DNA of 64,000 nt from Vicinamibacterales bacterium (GTDB lineage: Bacteria > Acidobacteriota > Vicinamibacteria > Vicinamibacterales > UBA8438): contig CALLXD010000024.1 of the NCBI GenBank assembly GCA_937766455.1, positions 19,519 through 83,518 on the forward strand, read 5' to 3'. The position numbers were made by a program, and so were the translations under genes. The notes below the pieces were generated by a model that worked only from the letters and a program-made list of their open reading frames with translations, was not told the origin of the DNA and made no database searches. This document shows, one piece after another, positions 1 through 9,473 of this stretch (the stretch's first letter is position 1; each line of letters opens with the position of its first letter).

Positions 1-126
1 CATGTCCGGTATCCGGACGGAACGCCACTGACGAATCTCTACCTGTCGCTGCTCGACAAGCTGGACGTACCGGTCGACCAGTTCGGTGACAGCACCGGCC
101 GACTGCAGCAGCTGGACGCTATCTAG
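1..126 (+). CDS. DUF1552-like protein, C-terminal fragment (5' part outside window)
   Basis: Frame +1 is open from the window edge to TAG at 124-126. Translation HVRYPDGTPLTNLYLSLLDKLDVPVDQFGDSTGRLQQLDAI matches my recollection of the conserved DUF1552 C-terminus (...LLDK.GV....FGDSTG.L..L). Confidence 0.55.
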   Translation, partial: HVRYPDGTPLTNLYLSLLDKLDVPVDQFGDSTGRLQQLDAI

Positions 127-944
127 GAGCCCACGGTGTCGAGTCCGTCGCGGAACGACGGGTAGGTCAGGCGTTCCACCAGTTTGCCGACGGCGCGAGA
201 AGTGCGAACGCGTTTGCCGAGTCCGGTTCCTCCCTCGAAGGGGGGCGCGGGCATGCCCAGCCGCGCCGAGAGCCACTCCACATATTCACCACGCGTCGGC
301 GGATGACCGTCAGAGACGGCGTAGGTTCGACCCCCGCCGCAGGCCGCTGCAGCGACGACCGCAGCCGCGGCGTCATCGACATGGACCAGATTCAGGAAGG
401 CGCCGCGGGAACCAGCAATCGGGGTCGTTGATCTGATGTGGGCCGCGTAAGGCGCCCGCCCAGGCCCATAGAGTCCGGCCAGTCGCAACACCACGGCCTC
501 GTCTCCTCGTGGGTGCGTGGAGAGGAGCCGCTCACCGGACAGGCACGCGCGTCCGCCCGCACTCACGGGCTCGCATGTGGACTCCTCGTCGACCCACTCG
601 CCTGCATTCTGTCCGTACACACCGCTCGAACTGACGTAGATCACGCGGCCTGTGTCGTCGGGGAGTGCATCCAGCACCGCCCGCAGCCCCGTCACGTGGA
701 TGTCTCGCATCGTCACGCCGGCCTGTCGGTCTCGTCCAACAGCAAAGACCACCGTGTCAACCCGCGGTAAGGCGGTTGTCGCGGGGAGGTGTGTGACGTC
801 GAGAGTCAGCGGCCGGAGTCCCGATCGCGACAACACCTCGGACCTGTGGCCTCGCGTCGTGGCGTAGACCGTGTCGCCCGCGTCGCGCCAGCATCGCGCG
901 ACGCGGTCACCCAGATACCCACAACCTACGATCATTCTGCGCAA
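123..944 (-). CDS. NAD(P)-binding epimerase/dehydratase-like (extended SDR fold) protein
   Basis: 273-aa ORF. N-terminal Rossmann motif MIVGCGYLGDRVA, followed by a typical VYVSSSGVYG segment. Coding-like composition. Confidence 0.7.
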   Translation of the reverse strand: MRRMIVGCGYLGDRVARCWRDAGDTVYATTRGHRSEVLSRSGLRPLTLDVTHLPATTALPRVDTVVFAVGRDRQAGVTMRDIHVTGLRAVLDALPDDTGRVIYVSSSGVYGQNAGEWVDEESTCEPVSAGGRACLSGERLLSTHPRGDEAVVLRLAGLYGPGRAPYAAHIRSTTPIAGSRGAFLNLVHVDDAAAAVVAAAACGGGRTYAVSDGHPPTRGEYVEWLSARLGMPAPPFEGGTGLGKRVRTSRAVGKLVERLTYPSFRDGLDTVGS

Positions 945-1134
945 GCGGTCCCCTTCTCATTGAGCGACGGCGGTGTGGCGTGCGTGGTCCGGTTCTCGCC
1001 GTAGTTTCGACCACGCGATTCGGCGACGGTGTCGACACTGACGCGGCATCAGCGACTCGTCAGAGACCGCCGTCCTCCGCCGTTGGGACATCGCCGTCCC
1101 ATCTGCACCCCGCTTTGAGGCTATAGTAGGCGCC

Positions 1135-2046
1135 ATGCTCAGTAGACGAACCCTGCTTTTGACTCCCGTGGCCGGCGCCGTGGCTCGAGTGGTGAGCGCG
1201 CAGCAGTCAGGCGCGGCCGGAAAAATGCTGCTGGCCATGCACCAGAACACCACACGGGCGGCTGGCTTTCGTGCGTCCATGGAAGGCTGGTCGAGGGCTG
1301 GGATCCAGTATGTGGAACTCGGGGCGCCGCAGCTGGCGGGGTTTCTTGAGACCGATACTCTGGCGGCGGCTCGGCGACTGCTCGGTGACCTTGGCCTGAC
1401 CCCGGTCTCCGCCGCGGTCGTGCTGCCAGACATCTGGCTCCCCGGACCGGCACGTACTGCCTCGCTGGAGGCGTGGAAGCGGGGGTGCGAGCAGATGGCG
1501 GAGATGGGGCTGCAAAAGGTCTACTCGCCGTCCGTGACGAACCGACCTCTCACCGCCGACGATTTCGCGGCGACGCCTGGTGCCATTGCTGAGGCGGGCG
1601 ACATTGCGAAGGAGTACAACCTCACTGCGATGATCGAGTTTATCCGCACGTCTACACATCTGGCCACACTGACCTCGGCGCTCCAGATGATTCGTGCCGC
1701 GGGACACCCGAACGTCCGCCCGATGCTCGATTTCTTCCATTTCTGGTCCGGCCTGAGCAAGTTTGAGGATCTGGACCTGCTCGAGCCGGGCGAACTCGCG
1801 CATGCGCACTTTCAGGATCTGCTCGACACCCCACGGGAGCTCATCAACAACGATTCACGGCTGATTCCAGGCGATGGCATCGCACCGGTGACGCGCATCC
1901 TTCGGAAGCTGGCGGAAAAACAGTATGACGGTGCGCTGTCCGTCGAATTGTTCCGGTCCGAATGGGTGCAGGGCGACCCGTTCGCGGTGGCGTCGGAAAT
2001 CCGCCCGAAATGCGAAGCCGTGATGCGGCAGGCGCAGGTTCTGTAG
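1135..2046 (+). CDS. Sugar phosphate isomerase/epimerase (xylose-isomerase-like TIM barrel), secreted
   Basis: 303-aa ORF. N-terminal signal-like MLSRRTLLLTPVAGAVA. Family-typical segments IEFI, LDFFHFW, AHAHFQD and LSVELF. Confidence 0.7.
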   Translation: MLSRRTLLLTPVAGAVARVVSAQQSGAAGKMLLAMHQNTTRAAGFRASMEGWSRAGIQYVELGAPQLAGFLETDTLAAARRLLGDLGLTPVSAAVVLPDIWLPGPARTASLEAWKRGCEQMAEMGLQKVYSPSVTNRPLTADDFAATPGAIAEAGDIAKEYNLTAMIEFIRTSTHLATLTSALQMIRAAGHPNVRPMLDFFHFWSGLSKFEDLDLLEPGELAHAHFQDLLDTPRELINNDSRLIPGDGIAPVTRILRKLAEKQYDGALSVELFRSEWVQGDPFAVASEIRPKCEAVMRQAQVL

Positions 2047-2062
2047 TTCCGCTTCTTCACTT

Positions 2063-4255
2063 GTGGTCAGGCTTCTGACGCTCGCCCTCATCCTGGCATT
2101 CACGCCCGTGGTGTCGGCGGATGATGACTTCGCGCGATTCGTGAATCCGTTCGTAGGCACCGCCGAGCATGGGCATACATTCCCGGGTGCCACCGTGCCG
2201 TTTGGCATGGTGCAACTCTCGCCAGATACACGAACGGACGGCTGGGACGCGGCGTCGTTGTATCACGACTCGGACCGCGACATCATCGGGTTCAGCCACA
2301 CCCACCTGAGCGGCACCGGCGTCGGTGACTACGGCGATGTGCTCCTGATGCCGACCATCGACGATGGGCATCGGGAGCCGGGTACCCCGGGGGTGCCTGG
2401 CAGCGGATACCGTTCCAGCTTCTTGAAATCGGAAGAGGCCGCGTCGCCAGGCTACTACCGAGTCCGTCTGCGCGACTACGACGTGCTGGCGGAGCTGACC
2501 GCGACCACGCGTGTGGGCGTGCACCGCTATACCTTCCCAGAGACGGGTGAGGCTCGAATCATGCTGGACCTGCGGCATCGACGTGGGGAACAGTCAAGCA
2601 GTGGCGCGATCACAGTGCTGAGCCGCACGGAGATCCAGGGATCCCGTGTCAGCCGGGGGTGGGCCGAGGACCAGCCGGTCTTCTTCCACGCGGAATTCTC
2701 GGAGCCCTTTACCTACCAGCTGGTCGACCTTGCGCAACGCCGGCGTCATCGCTCAGGTCCTCGCGTGGCGGGAGAGGACGTGCGCGGGATGTTCTTCTTT
2801 GACCAACGTCGTCATGGGCGTCAGGTGCTGGTCAAAGTGGGGATTTCGGCCGTCAGTATGGAGGCGGCGCGAGAGAATCTGCGGGCCGAGGTTGACCACT
2901 GGGATTTTGACCGGGTGCACCGAGAGGCACGAGCGCGCTGGAACGCCGAACTGAACAAGATAGCCGTGGACATGTCGAGTGAGGCCCGGATGACCGTGTT
3001 CTACACTGCGCTGTACCACGCCATGCTGGCGCCCAACATGTTCATGGACGTCGACCGCGGCTACCGCGGCATCGACGGTCGTCGACACGTGGCGGGCACG
3101 TCCTCGAACTACACGGTCTTTTCGCTCTGGGACACGTTTCGGGCGTTGCATCCGTTGCTCACGATCACGCATCGCGCGTTGACGGCGGATCTGGTGGAGA
3201 CGCTGTTGGGTCATTTTCGGCACGGTGGGGCGTTGCCCCTCTGGGAACTCTGGGCGAACGACACCAAGACCATGATCGGCAATCCCGCGGTGCCGGTCAT
3301 CGTTGACGCGATGCTCAAGGGCATCCCCGTCGACACGGCGACTGCGTATGACGCGGTTCGGCATAGCGCCATGCAGGACGACCGAGGGCTGGGAGACTAC
3401 AAGCGTCTGGGCTATGTGCCATCCGACGCGGATCCAGAATCGGTGTCAAAAACGTTGGAATATGCCTACGCTGACTGGGTCATCGCGCAATTGGCGGCAG
3501 ACCTTGGCCAGGACGCGGACTACGCCTATTTTTCAGGGCGCGCCGAGTCGTATCGCAATGTGTTCGACCTCGAGACGGGGTTCATGCGTCCTCGCGAGGC
3601 CTCGGGACGCTGGGCGCCCGACTTCGACCCACTCAACAGTGCGCATCGTACGAACGGCTACACGGAAGGGAACGCCTGGCAGTACACGTGGTTTGTGCCA
3701 CACGATGTCGCGGGGCTGGTGCAACTGTTTGGCGGACCGGACGCATTCGAACAGAAGTTGGACGGGCTGTTTGCGCTCGACACCGCCGTGGCGGGTGAAC
3801 GTTCGCCGGACATCTCCGGCTTGATCGGGCAGTATGCCCACGGCAACGAGCCGTCACATCACATCGCGTATCTCTACAACTATGTGGGCGCGCCTCACAA
3901 GACGCAGGACCGAGTGCGCCAAATCATGGACGAGATGTATGGGCCGGACGCGGACGGGCTCAGCGGGAATGACGACAGTGGCCAGTTGTCGGCGTGGTTT
4001 GTGTTGAGTAGTCTGGGGTTGTATCAGGTGGCGCCCGGCGATGGGCGGTTCGCGCTCGGGAGTCCACTGGTGCGCGAGGCGACCATTCGTCTTGAGGACG
4101 GTGGCACGTTCGTCATCCGGACCGAGGGCGACGTGGCGAACCAGCATCGGGTAGCACGCGTTCGTCTGAATAATCGGCTGATCGATGGCCTGTCGATCGC
4201 GTACACAGACGTGATGGCCGGTGGCGAACTGGTGTTCGAACTGGAGAGTAACTGA
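2063..4255 (+). CDS. Glycoside hydrolase family 92 (alpha-mannosidase)
   Basis: 730-aa ORF with signal peptide. Hallmark GH92 motifs FVNPFVGTAEHGHTFPGATVPFGMVQLSPDT and GNEPSHHIAYLYNY...GNDDSGQLSAWFV. Confidence 0.9.
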   Translation: MVRLLTLALILAFTPVVSADDDFARFVNPFVGTAEHGHTFPGATVPFGMVQLSPDTRTDGWDAASLYHDSDRDIIGFSHTHLSGTGVGDYGDVLLMPTIDDGHREPGTPGVPGSGYRSSFLKSEEAASPGYYRVRLRDYDVLAELTATTRVGVHRYTFPETGEARIMLDLRHRRGEQSSSGAITVLSRTEIQGSRVSRGWAEDQPVFFHAEFSEPFTYQLVDLAQRRRHRSGPRVAGEDVRGMFFFDQRRHGRQVLVKVGISAVSMEAARENLRAEVDHWDFDRVHREARARWNAELNKIAVDMSSEARMTVFYTALYHAMLAPNMFMDVDRGYRGIDGRRHVAGTSSNYTVFSLWDTFRALHPLLTITHRALTADLVETLLGHFRHGGALPLWELWANDTKTMIGNPAVPVIVDAMLKGIPVDTATAYDAVRHSAMQDDRGLGDYKRLGYVPSDADPESVSKTLEYAYADWVIAQLAADLGQDADYAYFSGRAESYRNVFDLETGFMRPREASGRWAPDFDPLNSAHRTNGYTEGNAWQYTWFVPHDVAGLVQLFGGPDAFEQKLDGLFALDTAVAGERSPDISGLIGQYAHGNEPSHHIAYLYNYVGAPHKTQDRVRQIMDEMYGPDADGLSGNDDSGQLSAWFVLSSLGLYQVAPGDGRFALGSPLVREATIRLEDGGTFVIRTEGDVANQHRVARVRLNNRLIDGLSIAYTDVMAGGELVFELESN

Positions 4256-4270
4256 AGGAACGAGCGTGCC

Positions 4271-5128
4271 ATGACTTGTGATCTACGTCGTCTTGCCGTT
4301 GTCGGCTGTCTCCTGGGTGCGATCGCCATACCGCTGGGCGCACAAAACGCGGCATGGACGCAGCCATTTCCCGGACATCGGGTGATCGGGAACCTGTATG
4401 CAGTCGGGACCTACGACCTCGCGGTGTTCCTGATCACGTCGGACGAAGGGCACATCCTCATCAACACCGGTCTGGAGGACTCGACGCCGTTGATTCGCGA
4501 GAACATCCAGTCGCTGGGATTCCAGTTGGAGGACGTCCAGATACTCTTGCAGATGCAGTCTCATTGGGACCACACCGCCGCGCTCGCCGAAATCAAACAG
4601 ATCACGGGTGCGGCCATGTGGGCGACTGAGGCCGACGCGCCGGTGCTGGAAGACGGCGGATTCAGCGACCCGCACTTCGGAGGGCGAGAGTCGTTTACGC
4701 CCGTGACGGTGGACAAGATTATCGCTGACGGCGACGTGATCGAGTTGGGCGACATTCGGCTCACGGTCATGGCCACCCCGGGGCATACGGCGGGAAGTTC
4801 AAGCTATCTGATGCAGGTGCGAGAGGGCAGCCGCGATTACAACGTCGCGATTGCGAACATGGGTACGATCAATCCGGGGAAGAAGCTGATTGTCGATCCC
4901 ACGTATCCAGGTGTCTCAGATGACTTCGCCAGCACGTTCCGAGACCAAAAGGCGCTCACGGTTGACGTCTGGGTGTCTGCGCACGGTTCTCAATACGGAT
5001 TGCACGACAAATACGAGGCCGGCCAGCCCTACAGTCCTGAGACGTTCGTCGACCCCGCCGGATTTCTGGCCGCAGTGGAGCGTCTCGAGCAAGCCTACCT
5101 GCAGCAACTCGCGGACGAACGCCGCTGA
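4271..5128 (+). CDS. Metallo-beta-lactamase fold protein, subclass B3-like (Gln at position 116)
   Basis: 285-aa ORF with signal peptide. Metal motifs QSHWDH (aligned to H-x-H-x-D-H), ATPGHTAGS (His196 equivalent) and SAHGS (His263 equivalent). Confidence 0.8.
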   Translation: MTCDLRRLAVVGCLLGAIAIPLGAQNAAWTQPFPGHRVIGNLYAVGTYDLAVFLITSDEGHILINTGLEDSTPLIRENIQSLGFQLEDVQILLQMQSHWDHTAALAEIKQITGAAMWATEADAPVLEDGGFSDPHFGGRESFTPVTVDKIIADGDVIELGDIRLTVMATPGHTAGSSSYLMQVREGSRDYNVAIANMGTINPGKKLIVDPTYPGVSDDFASTFRDQKALTVDVWVSAHGSQYGLHDKYEAGQPYSPETFVDPAGFLAAVERLEQAYLQQLADERR

Positions 5129-5164
5129 AGGCGGCTGGCCCCGTGACCGCCCGGTGACAATCCT

Positions 5165-6511
5165 GTGAGAAGCATGAAGAGCGCAATGGCGAGGCCGTGC
5201 GGATCCGGCAGAGTCGCATCGGTTCGATACCCGGGCAACAGACGGGCGAGCCTGATCGCTCTTGGGGTCGTGGCGGGGTTGATGACGCAGCTTGCCTGTG
5301 GCGATGCAGCGCCGGTCTCCGATGACCGCGAGGCGGTCGTCGTCCCGGTCTCCGACGCACCACAGCGCCTGAACGGATGCGACCGCCGGACCGCGACGGA
5401 TCTGCCCGGCGCTAGCGTCCGACTACCGTTCGGCGGGATGTTCGGATTTGCCTTCGACCCCGCGTGCATCACACTCGCAGTGGGCACCGAGCTGACGTTC
5501 GTTGGCAACTTCGCGCAACACCCGCTGAAGCCAGGCCGCGTCGAAGGGGACGCCGTTGTTGTGGCGGACAACAATCCGATCCAACCGACGTCCACCGGTT
5601 CGCAGGCCGGCTTCGTGTTCTCCCAGCCGGGGAGCTACGGGTTCTTTTGCGAGGCGCATGTGCACGAGCGGATGCTTGGAGCGGTTTTTGTGGGGCCAAC
5701 ACCGATGTCGGCGCCTGGCGAGCCGCCGGTTGCGGTAGCGACATCCGTCCCGCCCGAAGACGAGACGGCAGCGGGGACGTTGACCGCGACCGCGCCAGAT
5801 GCGCCGCTGCGTGCCTGGGAAGACCGCTTGGCGGGGCCCGACAAGGCTACGCTGCCGCCAGACGGACGGCTCATGCGCAATGTCTTTCGTGGCACCGGGT
5901 GGGAGACCGAGCAGTCTGTTCCGGAATTGCCGGGCGCGTTGATGGAGGTGTGGGAGGTCACACGCTATCAACCGGACGCGCCACCGACCGCGGGTCACAT
6001 CGCGGCGGCTCAAAGCCTGGTTGAGGCGGCCTATCAAGCGGCCGCGAACCATCGATGGTTCGACTTTGAGGTGGGCAGCCGAGAGGGGTTCCAACCATCA
6101 GCCGGGGACCCGACCCATTTCTCGAATATAGAGTTCATGCTGGATGACGCGTGGCTTGACCCGGATCGTCCCGAGTCCTTGATGTACTACCAGACCGCGA
6201 CGGGGCCCAAGCTGGCCGGCATGATGTTTCTCGCGCGAAGCCCCGACGAGCAAGGTCCGCAGGTCAGCGGACAGTTGACCCGTTGGCACTATCACCTCTG
6301 GCCCGAGCCGACCTGCTTGATGCACGGCCTGCTCATGACCACACGGGCGCCGTGCACCGACCCCGATGAGGTCACGGCGCAGATCAGTCCGGAAATGATG
6401 CACGTCTGGCTCGTCGACCACCCTGGCGGCGCATTCGCGACCGCGATGGAAATTGATCCTGACCTGCTGAATTCGCTGTTGGCACAGAGATTCGCCGACC
6501 GCGGGTGGTAA
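5165..6511 (+). CDS. Cupredoxin (plastocyanin-type blue copper) domain protein with an uncharacterised C-terminal domain
   Basis: 448-aa ORF; the start is uncertain (GTG 5165 or internal Met). Hydrophobic leader ending ...QLACGD. Type-1 Cu ligands FVGNFAQHPL and FFCEAHVHERMLG (C-x2-H-x4-M). The C-terminal ~250 aa match no family I recognise. Confidence 0.7.
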   Translation: MRSMKSAMARPCGSGRVASVRYPGNRRASLIALGVVAGLMTQLACGDAAPVSDDREAVVVPVSDAPQRLNGCDRRTATDLPGASVRLPFGGMFGFAFDPACITLAVGTELTFVGNFAQHPLKPGRVEGDAVVVADNNPIQPTSTGSQAGFVFSQPGSYGFFCEAHVHERMLGAVFVGPTPMSAPGEPPVAVATSVPPEDETAAGTLTATAPDAPLRAWEDRLAGPDKATLPPDGRLMRNVFRGTGWETEQSVPELPGALMEVWEVTRYQPDAPPTAGHIAAAQSLVEAAYQAAANHRWFDFEVGSREGFQPSAGDPTHFSNIEFMLDDAWLDPDRPESLMYYQTATGPKLAGMMFLARSPDEQGPQVSGQLTRWHYHLWPEPTCLMHGLLMTTRAPCTDPDEVTAQISPEMMHVWLVDHPGGAFATAMEIDPDLLNSLLAQRFADRGW

Positions 6512-6674
6512 CGGGTCGGAAGGCATGAGCCCGGACGGGCCACCACACGGCATCCTATGGTGTCATTGGTCTCGCGTCGGACGAGGCGGGCGGCGCGGTT
6601 CCAGGCCGTCCTCGGCCAGTTATACTGCGTGCGTCTTCGATCATGGTCAAGCAACGGCAGTCAGGAGCGTGGGG

Positions 6675-7763
6675 ATGAGCAAGCGATTGTATGACGCGAC
6701 GGAGCGGCGTGGTCTGCAGAGAACCGTCGTCCTGGTCCTCCTGCTGACTGTAAGCGTGAGCATATCCCCCGCGGTGGCCCAGCCCGTCACGAATGCTGGT
6801 CAGACTGTGCAACGCACGCCCTGGGGTGACCCTGATCTGCAGGGCATCTGGAACAACTTCACCATTACGCCACTGGAGCGCCCGGCCAGCCTCGGCGACC
6901 AGGAATTCCTCAGCGCAGAGGAAGCGGCGGCGCTCGAACAACGCGCGGTCGCGGGAGTGGCGCGTCAGAATGCTCCGAGTGAGGTACGCACCGAGCCGCT
7001 GCCGGTAGGCGGCGACGTGGGGGCCTACAACAGTTTCTGGACTGATCAAGGGACGCGGGTGGTGCCGACCATGCGCACGTCGCTGATCGTCGATCCGCCG
7101 ACAGGCCGACTGCCAGCGCTGACGGACGAAGCGCTCACGCGCATTACCTCCACGGAATATCGACGGCTGGCCGATGCAAAGGATGGCCGGGTACCGGCCG
7201 ACGGTCCGGAGGACATGGGGCTGAGCGAGCGGTGCCTCTGGTATCGGGGCATCCCGTCGTTTCCAACCGGCTACAACAACAACTACCAGTTCTTCCAGAA
7301 CCAGGAGTTCGTCATCATTCTGCAGGAGCATATCCACGACCTGCGGGTCATCCCTCTGGATGGACGCCCGCATCTCGCCCCGCACGTGCGTCAGTGGGCC
7401 GGGAGCTCGCGCGGGCACTGGGAGGGCGACACGCTCGTGGTGGAAACGACCAATCTGCGGACTCCGTTCATCAGACGGTGGATTCGTCCAGAGCACTCGC
7501 TTTCGCGCGGTGATCTGAGCGACGCGGTCACAGTCGTCGAGCGTTTTACCCGGGTTGATGCCGAGACGCTTGCCTACGAGTTCACCGTCACTGACCTGAA
7601 GACCTGGACCCAACCGTGGAGTGGGTCGCTCCCCATGGCGCGTACGGACGGCCCGATATACGAGTTCGCGTGTCACGAAGGCAACTACGGCATGGCCAAT
7701 ATGCTGGCCGGCTCTCGCGCTGACGACTTGGCCGGGGCCGCGGACGCGAGCAGTCTGCGGTAG
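6675..7763 (+). CDS. Secreted protein of the uncharacterised PDLQG/ACHEGN family (paralog 1 of 5)
   Basis: ATG at 6675 follows AGGAG. Signal peptide present. Motifs GDPDLQGIWN, TPLERP, AYNSFW, TSLIVDPPTGRLP, SERC, YNNNYQ, LRVIPLDGRPH, WEGDTLVVETTN and YEFACHEGNYG are shared with four other ORFs in the window. Confidence 0.8.
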   Translation: MSKRLYDATERRGLQRTVVLVLLLTVSVSISPAVAQPVTNAGQTVQRTPWGDPDLQGIWNNFTITPLERPASLGDQEFLSAEEAAALEQRAVAGVARQNAPSEVRTEPLPVGGDVGAYNSFWTDQGTRVVPTMRTSLIVDPPTGRLPALTDEALTRITSTEYRRLADAKDGRVPADGPEDMGLSERCLWYRGIPSFPTGYNNNYQFFQNQEFVIILQEHIHDLRVIPLDGRPHLAPHVRQWAGSSRGHWEGDTLVVETTNLRTPFIRRWIRPEHSLSRGDLSDAVTVVERFTRVDAETLAYEFTVTDLKTWTQPWSGSLPMARTDGPIYEFACHEGNYGMANMLAGSRADDLAGAADASSLR

Positions 7764-7915
7764 AAGTCGCGCTGCATTCCGACCGACGCCGAAACCGTCG
7801 GCCTGCGTTGTTCAGCGGTCGAGTACTGGCGGCCTCGCCACCCCAGTGTCTGAGTGCGACGCACGGACTGCGAGGGCGTCTGTCGGGCCGATGAGGCCCG
7901 AGTCCGAGCCGCGAA

Positions 7916-8863
7916 TCAGCTGCCCGCGCGAGCCAGACGTTCGCCGGGTGCCAGGCAGTCGTAGAGGAATGTGTTGACGGGTGTGTCGACGCCCCGCGTG
8001 CGGCCAAGGCGCACGATCGTCCCGGTTTGGGCGTCCAGCTCGGATGGTCGGCGCGCCATGAGATCCCGCTGCATCGACGCCGTGCCGCCGGACGGGACGG
8101 CGTCGAGGAATTCCAGCGTTCGGCTGACGATATCGGCCGCGAGCGTGACGCCGTGCGCGGCCGCGAGGGCGGCCACCTCGGTCATCGCCGCTTCGAGCAG
8201 CCGGCGAGTCTCCGGGGCCGAGCAGAGCACGTCCAGGGGGACACGGGTGACCCCTCCCAGCCCGCCCCACGGGGCAATCAGCAAGAACTTCTCCCACAAC
8301 GCGGCCTGGATGTCGTCTGATATCTCCACCGCGACGTCGGCCGACCTCAGTAGTGCAGCTACCAGTTCGACGCGTGGGCTGTGGGAGCCGTCGATCTCGC
8401 CCAGCACGACGGTCGGCGTGATGCCGGCGTGGGCAATCCGGCCCGGGGCGGTCACCGAGGCCACGATCCGGCACAGGCCGCCGATGATCGGTTCCGACCC
8501 GACCGCGGCCATGAGGTCGGACGCTGCCTCGACGCCGTTCTGCAGCGGCACCACCACGGTGTGGTCACCAATCAGTGGTCGCAGCGCCGCGGCGAGACCA
8601 GACACCGCTCCGGCTTTGACGCCGATCAGCACGACATCGGCGACGCCCACGGACGACGTGTCGTCCGTGGCGGTGGCCGGTGTGGCCACGAAGTCACCCG
8701 TGGGACTGTTGACCTGGAGCCCATTGCGCCGGATGGCGTCAAGATGGGCTCCGCGTGCGATGAACGTCACGTGATGGCCCGCCTGGGCGAGTCGGCCGCC
8801 GAAATATCCGCCCACCGCGCCGGCCCCGAACACGACGATGCGCGATGAACGTGGGTCTGACAT
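7916..8863 (-). CDS. panE: 2-dehydropantoate 2-reductase (ketopantoate reductase, ApbA/PanE family)
   Basis: 315-aa ORF. N-terminal IVVFGAGAVGGYFGGRLAQAGHHVTFIAR. Length and layout are typical of the ApbA/PanE N- and C-terminal domains. Confidence 0.75.
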   Translation of the reverse strand: MSDPRSSRIVVFGAGAVGGYFGGRLAQAGHHVTFIARGAHLDAIRRNGLQVNSPTGDFVATPATATDDTSSVGVADVVLIGVKAGAVSGLAAALRPLIGDHTVVVPLQNGVEAASDLMAAVGSEPIIGGLCRIVASVTAPGRIAHAGITPTVVLGEIDGSHSPRVELVAALLRSADVAVEISDDIQAALWEKFLLIAPWGGLGGVTRVPLDVLCSAPETRRLLEAAMTEVAALAAAHGVTLAADIVSRTLEFLDAVPSGGTASMQRDLMARRPSELDAQTGTIVRLGRTRGVDTPVNTFLYDCLAPGERLARAGS

Positions 8864-8959
8864 GGTCAGGAGTGTATGCGCGACCAGCTCACCGCGGTCG
8901 CACGCGAGGCAACCACGTCCGTGCCTGCGTGGGCAACGGCACCGGCGGTGTGCCCGCGG

Positions 8960-9473
8960 CTAGTTCGCCAGCTTGTTGGCGAGATATTTGAGGATGTCGC
9001 GGACGGAGATGACGCCCGTCAGTGTGCCGGCATCATCGACGATCGGCAGATGTCGGTATCCGCCGACGTCCATGCGTTGAAGTGCGAAGGCCAGCTTGGC
9101 GCCGACCTCCAGCGTCACGGGGGCGGACGTCATGAATTCCGAAACGGGGCGATCGCCCAGCGCGGCCGCGTTGGCGCCGAGCTTGACGAGCGCATCGCGC
9201 TCGCTAAAGACGCCGACTGGTTTCCCCGCCTCCGAGACGACCACGCATCCGATGCCCCGCTCGACGAGCATCGCGAGGACGTCGCGCACCGGTGTCTCCG
9301 GGGGAGGTATCGACCGCTGCCTTCGGCGAGAGCACCGCGACCCGGTCCACCAGGAGGCTCCGCTCCACCGCGGTGGCTGGCTCGGACAGCGTGAAGTCGC
9401 TCAGCGCCTGACTGCACGTCGCGCAGTCGACAACGCCGTCGATGTTCTCGCCGCCACAGGCCGGGCAGATCAT
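8960..9473 (-). pseudogene. Zinc-ribbon + CBS-pair protein, reading frame interrupted near 9300-9304
   Basis: ORF 9204-9473 begins MICPACGGENIDGVVDCATC (zinc ribbon) and enters a CBS repeat. ORF 8960-9289 continues it (...VRDVLAMLVERGIGCVVV...GYRHLPIVDDAGTLTGVISVRDILKYL). Removing one G from the GGGGG run at 9300-9304 joins them as ...VDTSPETPVRDVL. The start overlaps the korB stop (ATGA). Confidence 0.7.
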
